Below are positions 52,281 through 62,424 of a stretch of 64,000 bases of DNA, one piece after another. The DNA is from Macrostomum lignano (Eukaryota): assembly GCA_002269645.1 (NCBI GenBank), contig NIVC01000349.1, positions 558,001-622,000 of the forward strand. Reading direction: 5' to 3'. Under the pieces are notes generated by a model. That model was not told the origin of the DNA, did no database searches, and was given only the letters and a program-made list of their open reading frames with translations. The position numbers and the translations under genes were made by a program. Every line of letters starts with the position of its first letter. Position 1 is the first letter of the stretch.

Positions 52281-52545
52281 TCTGGTTAAAAATTGCAGAT
52301 TTGAAGATTGGTTGATTTGAGTCTGGTAGCAGTACGTTGCATACAACGTACGTTATAAGAAAATATACCTACAATAATCCAAGACACACAAAGACATGTA
52401 CAGAAGAACTGAAGAAAAGAAATTAGAAAAGAACAATACATGTACTTGAAAAAAATTACAAAAAATTTGCATGTACACTAGTGTAACTTTAGATCCAAAA
52501 GCCGTGAGACAAAAAAACCAAGGCAACGAAGTCCTCATCATCAGG

Positions 52546-54707
52546 TCATTGCAGTTTCATTCTATTGAGCTTGGCGTGAGTCCAGCTGTCTAACTGCTCT
52601 ACTGCTGTTTCCATGGCAACCAGACCCCCCAAGTCGGCCCCGTCTCGCAGCAACCTCGCCCTCGCCCACAGCCTCCGCTCCTCATCTTTCCTGCTGCGGT
52701 GAGCGCCGCTGTCGCTGCCGCTGCCGTTCGAAACTCGCCACCGCTTCTGCCTGACCCAGCCGATCTTCTCCTCGTCCTGCGTCTCCATGGCGACGCGTCT
52801 CTCTTTCTCGATCATCTCCATCTGCTGCAGGCTGAGCTCCACGTGCTCGCGGCAGTCGCTGTAGTGAGCCAGAGTGAGCAGCTCCTCCAAGTCCGGGTCT
52901 CCAAGCAGCTGCTCAATCCAATGATCGAATGCGATTGCAGGTGCGCGATTGCGGAGCAGCTCAGCTTGGAGACTCCAGCTCAGGCAGCGGAAGTTCACGT
53001 ACAGGTGAGAGGAGAGAGGCTGCGACAGTCTGGCTGTGAACAGAGTCTGCGTGAACTCGGGAAGGAATGGGAAGCGAGGCGGAGAGTCGCAGGGGAGGCA
53101 GAACCTCCACGCCCAGTCTGAGTCTTCTGGCAGTTTTATCTCTTTTTCTCCACTGCTTATACTCTCATCTCGAATATCCTGTGGCTTCAACCCTGACCCA
53201 ACTTGATGTCTCTGCAGCTCCATGGCGAATCTCTCAGCCTCCTCAGATTCTTCGAACTTCAAATGCGCCATGGCGGTCATGCACAGGGCGGCGCACTTGC
53301 ACCACTGCAGCTCATGCAGGAGACTGAGCTGCCTCATCAGGGTGTCTCTGTCGCTCGATTCCGACTGCAGCTCGCTCACACACTGGTGCACCACACTGTA
53401 CACGTCTGCAAACTTGCAAGTTTCCAGATAGTTACTTCTTTCCCTGATCTCCGTGACAGCAGGCGGCGCTGTCAGAGGCAGCAGAGTGAACGGGTGAAAG
53501 TAGAACTTCTCTGACTGCAGAGGTCTCACGAGTCTCCTCAGCTGCTCGACCACTCCGCCGATGTCGCTTCTCAGCTCACAAAGTCGGTCTCGAACCCTCG
53601 CCTTCGTGTTGTCAAAGTCGCCGCCGATTCCAGCGTTCTTGAAGTAGAGCGGAGCGTCGGGCATGAAGAAGTGCGGCATGCACTCATCGGGCGAAGTGTT
53701 TGAGTTGATGAAGCTCAGCATCATGTCGAGAGACTCCTTGAGCAGAGCGATCAGATATTGGGGTTGCCAAGCCTCATTCCGCCAACTATATGTGCCATGC
53801 TTTTCCAGCATGAAGAAAAGCATAGTCTTTGCATGATAGGTTTTGAGTCCAGGTGTGTCCAGAGTGAGCGGCAAGTGTCTCTTGAAGATGAACTTGATGA
53901 GTGTGAACAGCTGGCCCTGTACTGTGCTCATCTGTCTCATGATTTCTTTCTCTTGGAAGCTGAAGCTCACTCTGAGCTCGTTGGTCGAGCTCGGTCTGGT
54001 CGCTCTGACAAGGTGAACGTTCGTATCCTGATAGCTGAGAAGCCTCTCAACTCTGCTTTGACAGAAACTGCTGCAGCACTGGATCGCCTGGCAGATGTCT
54101 TGAGCAGGCCTCACACCGCATGCAGCCGCTGTCACGGTTGGTTGATTTCCTGAATTTTTTGTTTCAAATGCTTCACTTGATAATCTACTGCAATGAAATT
54201 AGCTGTAAAATTTTACATTTCTCTTCATTCTTGTCATCACAATGAACTACCAAAACATTGTCCGGAATTTATTAAACCCAGCCTCACTCACCTGCTCCCA
54301 CAGACACCTGTGCGTGGCCCTCCTTGACTTGCAGCCGAGTGGCATATCTGCAGGAGTCCTTCCATCTTTCGCAGCCACCTTCTAGGTGGAACTCTTGCCC
54401 AGCAACCAGCACAGTCCAGTCAATGTCCGAGTCTGCAGCTGTCCTGCCGTTCACTTGCACCAGACTGTTGGCCCAGCCCTCTGCGTAGCTGCCCGTTATC
54501 TGCCTGCCATCCTGTGTGAGGACTCGAGCGACTCCTTCAAGCCAGTCAGCCAGTCTCTGCTGACACTCCGCTCTCTCCCTGGTGAATCCCGCCTCGCTAA
54601 GCAGTCGATGAAGCTCTTCGCTCAGGCGCCTGTCTTGCTGGGAGTCGTCTGAGAGCTTGGAATGCTCTTCGCTGAGTTGCCTCTCATTCCGAGTGTCGTC
54701 TTTGACC
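52546..54707 (-). CDS. Mab-21/cGAS-like nucleotidyltransferase domain (cGLR); exons 54292-54707 and 52546-54149
   Basis: The unannotated exon 54292-54707 reads ..ITGSYAEGWANSLVQVNGRTAADSDIDWTVLV.. (GS..DxD). It splices in phase 1 (GTGAGT donor at 54291, TTCAG acceptor at 54150) to ..AQDICQAIQCC..NVHLVRA..ELRVSFSFQEKEIM..LIKFIFK..LKTYHAKTMLFFMLE..ECMPHFF, the canonical Mab-21 core. Confidence 0.88.
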
Positions 54708-57700
54708 CTGACAAATACATATAAAGAAGATTACGCAATTCTCAATTGGCAGTCAACTACGAGTATTAACTCTAACGTATAAAGTTTCTAAGGTTTCCAT
54801 AAAGTTTCTGCTACAATTGGCAAATGAGTAAGACTGATAAGATGCTAAGTGTAGTGAGTCGCTATTTAGTTAGGCGCCGCACTAGTCAGCTGGTTTCCTC
54901 GCCCTCGCCCCAGGCTTCTGTCTGCCGCTGGGCAGTTGTCTGTCCCTTCTCGCCTGTCCTCTGGCCTGTCCCTTGCCCGTTTGCCTGTCTGTCTGTTTGT
55001 CCTCGTTTGCCCCCTTTTGTTTCGTGTTCTCGTTTTGCAGTGCCCAGACAGCTTGGTCTGGCCTGCCTCTGTTTCGTCTCTGTTAGGCACCTCCAAATCT
55101 GGAGTGCCGTTCTGTTTTCCGATCCCAAGGTCACGAGTGCCTTCACTTGTGGGCCCTTTTCCCCTTGTCGTGTGAGCCAGTCACATGACAAGCCTCTTCT
55201 GTCTTATTAGTCCAAAGTACAATGATTTCCTCATTGTGCACTGGGCTCGTGTTTATGGGGACATCACGTGCGTCAGGACCCCCTGTCTCCTCTTCTGAGG
55301 CGGAACCCGCTCGCTTGTTGCTAAAAATAGCAACAGCGTCATCTATGACGCGCATCGATTGCACCATTTTGTGATATGGTGCAATCGATGCTCCCTATAA
55401 ATGCAGTCCCTCTCATGGCTTGGCTCAGACAAGCGCGTCCCCTTTTCTGCCTCACCGTTTCACCTGTCTCTCAGTTTCAAGCCAAGCTCGTGTGCCAAGT
55501 TTGAGCCTAAGTTTGAACTCCAAGACTCCCGACTTTGCGAGTGCCTGCTTCTAATTGTTCCTGCTATCTATTAGCGGGCCGGCTCAGATCGCCCGAAGCT
55601 AGCACCATCGCTCTAGCCCCGAACTAGCCCGGCAGGGACTGCTGATTGTGGACGCATCTGCTCGAGAACTGCTAGTTATTGCTAGTTATTTGCTTCTACG
55701 AGCTCAGCACCTCACCGAAGGCTGCGACTCTACGAAGCTGGTGGCAGCACTACCTACGCTACGAGAACTAGTTTCTAAGAAACCGCCAGCTAGACGCCTC
55801 CGCCAGGAGCTAGAAGATCTGCCAGCCCTTCCGAGACAGCCCGAGGAAGCCAGCAGACACGACATTGGTGGCAGCGGTCTAGTCAACAACCACAGGCAAG
55901 AGCACTTACTTCATTGGTGGCAGCGGTGGGATTCTAAGACCTACCATGCAGGCCATCTCCAGACCAACTAAAGTGCAAATACTTCAGAAGCAACTGCCTA
56001 TTTTCATTTTAGGACTTTTAGCTCCGATAATAACATTATAATCCTCACACTGAATTCTGTTCAAGAAGTCGGAGCACCTGCCGCTGCTCGAATCGCTGTG
56101 CCACCTGCGCACACGTCAGACCCCGACCGTCTCGATGACTCGCATCCGCTCCTCTGTCCATCAGAGCCTTGGCTGCTCGCACGTGACCGGCTTCGCACGC
56201 TCGTGACAGAGCAGTCCGACCCTGACTGTCTTTAGCACGCACTGACGCACCGAGATCGATGAGTTTCTCAATGAGCTCGTGATGACCTTCATCAGCTGCC
56301 AGCATGAGAGCAGTGGCTCCAGTGCTGTCTGGCAGATCGACATGCTGTGTGCTGACTCGCTCATCATTGATCAGTGTGACAGCAAGAGCCACGTGTCTTT
56401 GAGAGATGGAGAGACGAAGCAGCTGTGTGATGAGAGCTGGCTGCATTCGAGAGAGGGTGTCGGTGAGAACAGAGTTCCTGCCTTCGATGGCCATTGCTGC
56501 AGTGAAGCTGAGGATGGTGCTGGATTGGAAGAGCCAGTCGGGCTCGAGGCCGAGGGATGCAACGACATCTTCATGAAGACGAGAGCAAGCCGCGACTGCA
56601 TATTGGAAACGGAGATTCGCTTTGGGATCCCGACTTGAGATACACGAGATGAAGAACTTCGCGACTTCTAGCTGACCCTCTTCAGCAGCATATTTCGCTG
56701 CCCCAATGCAGCACTGATCTCTGTTTGTTTGGTCAGCGACTGACTGAACCAGAAACTTCACAATTTCCCACTGACCATTGCTTGCAGCAGATTTCACTGC
56801 CTCAATGCAGCACTGATCTCTGTTTGTTTGGTCAGCGACTGTCTGCACCAGAACCTTCACAATTTCCCACTGACCATTGCTTGCAGCAGATTTCACTGCC
56901 TCAATGCAGCACTGATCTCTGTTTGTTTGGTCAGCGACTGTCTGCACCAGAACCTTCACAATTTCCCACTGACCCTCGCTTGCAGCAGATCCTGCTGCTT
57001 CAATGCAGCACTGATCTCTGTTTGTTTGATTAGCGACTGACTGAACCAGAAACTTTACCACTTCCCACCGACCCTTTCTTGCAGCAGATTTCGCTGCATC
57101 AGTGCAGCACTGATCTCTTTTTGTTTCGTCAGCGACTGTCTGCATCAGAAATTTCATAACACCGAAGTGACCTTTGCTTGAAGCAGATTTTGCTGCCTCA
57201 ATGCAGCAATGGTCTCTGCTTGTTTGGTCAACGACTGTCTGCACCAGAAACTTCAGTACTTCCCACTGACCCTCACTTGCAGCAGATACTGCTGCCTCAA
57301 TGCAGCACTGATCTCTGTTTGTTTGGTCAGCGACTGTCTGAACCAGAAACTTTACCACCTCCAACTGACCATTGACTGCAGCAGATTTCGCTGCCTCCTT
57401 GCAACCGTGATCTCTCAATTTTTGGTCAGCGACTGTATGCACCAGGACCTTCACCTCCTTCAAAACACCGTTGATTGCTGCAGATTTTGCCGCTTCAATG
57501 CAGCACTGGTCTCTCAGGCTTTGGTCAGAAATGGTCTGGACCAGAAACTTCACCACTTTCCACTGACTGTCTCGTGCAGCAGGCCTCACTGCCTCCATGC
57601 AGCACCGATCTCTCACATTTCTGTCTGTCACAGTCTGCACAAGAAATTTCACCACTTCCCACTGATGCTCATCTGCAGCAATCAGCGCTGCCTGTAAGCA

Positions 57701-59053
57701 GCAGCTATCTTTGAAATTTAAGTCGCATATCAAATTAACAGCATAGTCAAGAATCTTTAAATTTCCAAATCTTGCTGCCGACTTAGCAGCCTTTGTGCAG
57801 CATTTGACCCTCATGGTTTGATCGCATGCCACCTTCAGCAGGAACTCCACAGCCTCCCACTGGCGTTCTGTTGCAGCGGCATTCACAGCTTGTACGTAGC
57901 AAGTCTCTTTTAGCTCCGGGTGAGTAATTTCCCGAGACAATAGTTTCAACAATTCCAGATGCCCGAACTTGGCAGCGGACTTTGCCCCTTCAGAACAGCA
58001 CTGATCGCGCAGACGTTCATCAGAAATCTGCTCGAGCAGCAAAATTATTATCTTAGAATCGCCACATTCTGCAACTCCGTTTACGAAAACCGCGCAGCAA
58101 TGAAATTTCAACGTAGAATCAACCACGATCTGGTTAAAAAGCTTTAGAACTTCATAATTTCCTACTGTTGAAGCGGCAGAGACTGCTTTCTTACAGGAAA
58201 TCTTCTTTAGATCGTCTTTCATTATACAGTGCAAAAACAGATTCAGGGTGCTCCACTCGCATTTTACTGCGACATCTTCTATGATTTCAAAGAAGCACTG
58301 ATCTCTTGCAAAGCCGTCTGTAACGCTGGTTACTAAAAGTTTCACGACTTCCCATTCGGTTTTCTTAGCAGCAAATTTTGCCACCTCCAGGCAGCACCGA
58401 TCCCTGTCCGGGATGTCAGAGATCTGTTGAATCAGAAACTTCATCATCTCTATCAGGTTCATACTCGGCGTGTCTCTGAACTCAACCATGCAGAAGTCTG
58501 CAAACATGCTCTCCTCGGTCTGCAGGTTCACGACTGTCAGCGAAGTCTCATCCGATCGCCAGTGCTGCAGAGTGGACGTCATCAAGAGTTGAACAATTTC
58601 CCACTGGTGATATGTGGCCGCAGATTTCGCTGTCTCAATGCAGAATTCGTCAATAAAGTCTCTATGTACTTTTAGATAGAGATAGCGCACGACTGACACC
58701 CGACCAAATTGTGCAGCACATTTAGCAGCCTCTAAGCATCGTCCTGCGTCCGTTAGTTGGGATCCGTCTGATTGTATAATAGAGTCGAGCAGTTTCAAAC
58801 GACCAATCTTAGCGACAGTCAGCACTGATTCTTTATCAAACACTTGGCAAGCAAAAAATTCAATATTCTTCATTCGAGTGAACGCTAAAGCTGACGTCAA
58901 TCGATTTTTGACAGAGCTTTTGTTAAACACCACATAAATAACAAACTGAGTGGCGGGATGCCTTCTTCCAGAAGACTTTTGTATTTGACCAGAATTCCAA
59001 TTTTTAGTCCAGCGTCTGCGACCTAAGACGTAGGCCCTGGTTAGATCTGGCAT
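52546..59053 (-). CDS. Predicted ankyrin-repeat plus cGAS-like receptor fusion gene (~1674 aa); exons 56049-59053, 54292-54707, 52546-54149
   Basis: The ankyrin ORF stop lies inside a donor-like GT|GTGAGG at 56048. A phase-2 join to the TTTGTCAG|G acceptor at 54708 gives ..EQNSV|VKDD.. in frame. Exons total 5025 nt = 1675 codons. Confidence 0.65.
54850..55933 (+). mobile_element. LTR-like segment plus tRNA-Leu primer-binding site, inserted in the ANK-cGLR intron
   Basis: Begins TGTAGTGAG at 54850, has TATAAA at 55396, and ends ..TTCA-T-TGGTGGCAGCGGTGGGAT. Positions 55915-55932 are the complement of the eukaryotic tRNA-Leu 3' end including CCA. A second 13-nt PBS copy lies at 55866-55878. CTAAG flanks both sides (54845-54849, 55934-55938). 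Confidence 0.55.
56045..59053 (-). CDS. Single 3-kb exon encoding ~20 divergent 33-aa ankyrin-like repeats plus 2-3 canonical ankyrin repeats
   Basis: Repeat consensus DQCCIEAAKSAAxxGQWEVVKFLVQTVADQTNR (33 aa, 99 bp). Canonical GATALMLAADEGHHELIEKLIDLGASVRAKD and GRTALSRACEAGHVRAAKALMDRGAD lie at the C-terminal end. Confidence 0.88.
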   Translation of the reverse strand: MPDLTRAYVLGRRRWTKNWNSGQIQKSSGRRHPATQFVIYVVFNKSSVKNRLTSALAFTRMKNIEFFACQVFDKESVLTVAKIGRLKLLDSIIQSDGSQLTDAGRCLEAAKCAAQFGRVSVVRYLYLKVHRDFIDEFCIETAKSAATYHQWEIVQLLMTSTLQHWRSDETSLTVVNLQTEESMFADFCMVEFRDTPSMNLIEMMKFLIQQISDIPDRDRCCLEVAKFAAKKTEWEVVKLLVTSVTDGFARDQCFFEIIEDVAVKCEWSTLNLFLHCIMKDDLKKISCKKAVSAASTVGNYEVLKLFNQIVVDSTLKFHCCAVFVNGVAECGDSKIIILLLEQISDERLRDQCCSEGAKSAAKFGHLELLKLLSREITHPELKETCYVQAVNAAATERQWEAVEFLLKVACDQTMRVKCCTKAAKSAARFGNLKILDYAVNLICDLNFKDSCCLQAALIAADEHQWEVVKFLVQTVTDRNVRDRCCMEAVRPAARDSQWKVVKFLVQTISDQSLRDQCCIEAAKSAAINGVLKEVKVLVHTVADQKLRDHGCKEAAKSAAVNGQLEVVKFLVQTVADQTNRDQCCIEAAVSAASEGQWEVLKFLVQTVVDQTSRDHCCIEAAKSASSKGHFGVMKFLMQTVADETKRDQCCTDAAKSAARKGRWEVVKFLVQSVANQTNRDQCCIEAAGSAASEGQWEIVKVLVQTVADQTNRDQCCIEAVKSAASNGQWEIVKVLVQTVADQTNRDQCCIEAVKSAASNGQWEIVKFLVQSVADQTNRDQCCIGAAKYAAEEGQLEVAKFFISCISSRDPKANLRFQYAVAACSRLHEDVVASLGLEPDWLFQSSTILSFTAAMAIEGRNSVLTDTLSRMQPALITQLLRLSISQRHVALAVTLINDERVSTQHVDLPDSTGATALMLAADEGHHELIEKLIDLGASVRAKDSQGRTALSRACEAGHVRAAKALMDRGADASHRDGRGLTCAQVAQRFEQRQVLRLLEQNSV

Positions 59054-59720
59054 GTCCTTCTTCGAATAGCTGTCCAGTTTGAGCGAACAGCATCGAACTA
59101 AAATTTGAGCAATTTCAAGCGTTTATTATTGGTCTATAGTGAAACTATCTTTTCTAGCTCATTCAAAATACACATTACTGGGGATGCAGATGTATAGTTA
59201 TGATCAACTGAAATTCCAAGGTAATTTTCGATCAGCCCATTCAGAACTTACCGTTGCTTCACAAGTTTTAGGCAAGTGCAAATGTGTATTGCATGAGTTC
59301 TTCTAAAAACTGTTCTGCATTTAGAGTTGCCAGAGCTTATTCCAGCTAAACAGCTCGTAGTTCCTTATTTTTACGCGGTAATAGCAAAGATACGTGTACT
59401 TTGCAAATGTACATTGAGTGTACATTGGGGGAGAGGGTTGATATAGGTAGGTTCAAAAGAGGAGATTCCCTTTTGTTAAGCAAAGCAAAAAAGTTTCATA
59501 ATTTCTTGCCTTATAAACTTCCGCTCAATTTAAAATGAAACTTGATAGTGCCAGTTGTGAACAATTTTTCAATCTTTAAAAAGAGACTATGAATTCGTAA
59601 AAATTCAGTTTTGGCTATGTGTTTTAATATTGTCATAATTTTGTGCAGGCAGTACGCTTTTTCCGCCGAAGCTTATTTCTTGGAAACGAACTGTCGTGTC
59701 ACGTGACTCAACGAGTGTAC

Positions 59721-60193
59721 ACAGGGGGGATTTCACAAACTCGAAATTTCACAACGTCGAAAGCACCTTCTTTCACAAGATCGAAATTTCACAAGGTCGA
59801 AATCTCATAACACCGAAAACTCAAATAGCAGCCACTTTCACAGGGTCGAAACTTCATAAGGTCGAAATTTCACAACGTAGAAAACTTTAGCATAGTTCTC
59901 GTTATACGCGCGAAAGTTTTCGACTTTGTGAAATTTCGAGCTTATGAAGTTTCGACCTTGTGAAAGTGGCAGCTATTTAATTTTTCGATGTTTTGAAATT
60001 TCGATCTTGTGAAATTTCGACCTTATAAAGTCTCTTACTGAGTTTTCAATGTAAAATTTAGACCTTGTGAAGTTTCGACTTTGTGAAAGTGGTTGATATT
60101 TAAGTTTTCGACTTTGTGAAATTTCGACCTTATGAAGTCTCTTGCTAAAGTTTTCGGTGTTATGAAGTTTCGACCTTGTGAAAGCACCCCTGT
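59721..60193. mobile_element. Foldback MITE-like element with repeated TTTCACAA/TTGTGAAA subterminal motifs
   Basis: Ends ACAGGGG..TTTCACAA and TTGTGAAAGCACCCCTGT. The internal motifs switch orientation at the centre. No clear TSD. Confidence 0.6.
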
Positions 60194-60789
60194 AAACACT
60201 GGGTATTCGACTGTTTTAATTGACTCGTTAAACGTTTTTTGTGCCACAAAAGTTTCAAAATTGGTAGAATAGGCTTCTGCTACTAATAAAGTTAGTTACT
60301 TTTCCATGAATGTCTATGGAAATAATAAAGAAAAGAAATTCGTATTTCAACTTTACCTGTTGTGTTCTAAGGCAGCAAGAATTATATGTATCTGGGTAAA
60401 ACAGCTTTTAGCTCGAATGCATGTATTTTTTATTTTTCTAATTTATCCAAGCTGTGAATATAAACAGACTTTATGAATCTCTCTCTCTCTCTCTCACTCT
60501 CTACAGCTCTATCTTATCTAATATTGTCTTATATTTTCAGTACTGTGCAGAAAGACACGTGTACATGTAACAGGGTACTAATTTCCTGCATCGCCGTACT
60601 CCACCCCAAAGCCTTGCAGGGATCCGCAATAGCTCTAGCGCATTCAAGGTGTGTCAATGACTCGGCCATGTGATGACCCCGAAAAAATCAAGACTGAAGA
60701 TTAAAGGAAAACTTGAAAATGCTAAATTCAGTTTACTTGTGGAGCGAAAATTTGGAGAGAAAATTGGTGGCGCACCAGACCCCAGCTGG

Positions 60790-62424
60790 TGCATCAATGC
60801 TCGGTGGATCAAGTACAAGCTAAATGATGACGCTAACGCACTGTCCAGAGCGCCGGTGGAGGAGCCTAAAGCGAGCGATCAGATCCTGGAATTCGACAAC
60901 AGGGAGCAGGCTATCAGCTCAGTGCACGCTCTGTTGCAGTCGGAGAAAGAAATCTCCGAAGCAGCAAACCGTGATTCAGAATATCGGCTTCTCAAGAAGA
61001 TAATCCTAGATGGTTTTCCAAACTGCAAGGCGAACCTCCAAGAGAATATCCGTGCGTACTGGCACCTACGGCAACAACTCTGCGTCGAAGACGACCTCAT
61101 CCTGGCTGGAAGACGGCTACTGATCCCTAGGAAGCTAAGGAGAAGCGTCCTCGAAAATCTCCTGAAGATGCAGCAGGGGATTCCACAAAATGAAGGAGCA
61201 AGCAAGGCAAAGCATTTTCTGGCCTGGCCTGATCAACGACATCGAGCAGATCGCTAAGACGTGCAAACCATGCCAAGAAAATCTTCCTAGCCTGGCGAAG
61301 GAACCCATGGTCGTTCCAGAGCCACCGGAACGAGTCTTCCAAGAGATCTACGCGGATCTATTTGAATATGCAGGGAAGAATTTCCTTGTCATCGTGGATG
61401 GCCTATCCGGTTGGGCAGCTCTCAATTACCTTGGCGATGACACACCCGCAACCAAAGTCGTCAGTGCTATCCGACAGAGATTCGTCGAGAAATCGGTCCC
61501 CGACATTTTCTGGTCAGACGCCGGTCCACAATTCAACGCAAAAAATTTCAAGGATTTCCTACTAGCACGCTGGAACGTCGAACACCGAGTATCGTCTCCA
61601 CATTATCCACAGAGCAACGAACGCGCCGAAGCTGGGGTGAAAGAAATGAAGAAGATCGTCAGAGGGTCTTGGAACCATCAGACTGGCACGCTGGACTGGG
61701 AGAAACTGTCAAAAGGCCTCTTAGTCTATCTCAACACTCCAAGATACGACGGCAAGTCCCCAGCTGAAACAGTGTTCGGCCACCCAATTCGTGACACGAT
61801 TCCGGCACACAGAAGAGCGTTCGCACCTGAATGGCAAAAATCTGCAGCTGAGATCGAGGAGAAGCAGGCTAGAGTCAAGGCGACTACGGAGAAATACTAC
61901 AACCAAGACGCTCAGCCCCTGCCGGACATCAAAGTGCATCACAGAGTGGTGGTTCAGGACTGTCACACCGGATGATGGGACAAGTACGGCGTGATCGTGG
62001 AAGCCGGACGGAACCGAGATTTCATGATTCGACTGGCGAGTGGGAGATGTCTACGGCGGAACCGCAAGTTCATCAGGAAGCGGATCCCAGTCAGCCCAAT
62101 CGAGGCCAAGAAGACCGCCGCGGACGGTGCTACCGAGCAAGGCATGCCTGGAGCATCCGGAGGGTCGGCCGAGCCAAGGAGGACCCGATTCGGCCGAGAG
62201 ACTAAGAAACCTCAGATGCTACAGGTTGACCTATAGGAGGAAAAACTATGATAGTTGAACTTTGAAAGGGGAGATGGTGTATCCCCAGCCTTAGTTGTGT
62301 GGCTTTGGTCATAGACAATTATACGCGTGACTGTAACCGTATGCAAATATACGTCGTACTGAAGACGGCCACCGCGACTGAGCGGATTATTAAGCTAAGC
62401 CGATTATCTATTAGAGATACAACA
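60790..62424 (+). mobile_element. 5'-truncated, frameshifted Ty3/Gypsy LTR retrotransposon (RNase H end, integrase, PPT, 3' LTR)
   Basis: ARWIK..NDDANALSRAP; zinc-finger region ARQSIFWPGL..CKPC; integrase D(ADLF)-D(WSDAGPQF)-E(SNERAE); frameshift near 61180; polypurine tract GAAAGGGGAGATGG at 62264-62277. Confidence 0.88.
62278..62424 (+). repeat. Short 3' LTR of the Gypsy element (TGTATC..GATACAACA)
   Basis: TG directly after the PPT, CA end, and terminal inverted TGTATC/GATACA. Confidence 0.65.

Noticed and set aside
55866-55934. tRNA-Leu gene
   Set aside because: Only 13-20 nt complementary to the 3' end, including the non-encoded CCA. This indicates a primer-binding site, not a gene.
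48974-59053. Bacterial CBASS operon or recent horizontal transfer
   Set aside because: The genes have spliceosomal introns, the NTase has the metazoan Mab-21 signature, and the channel is DEG/ENaC.
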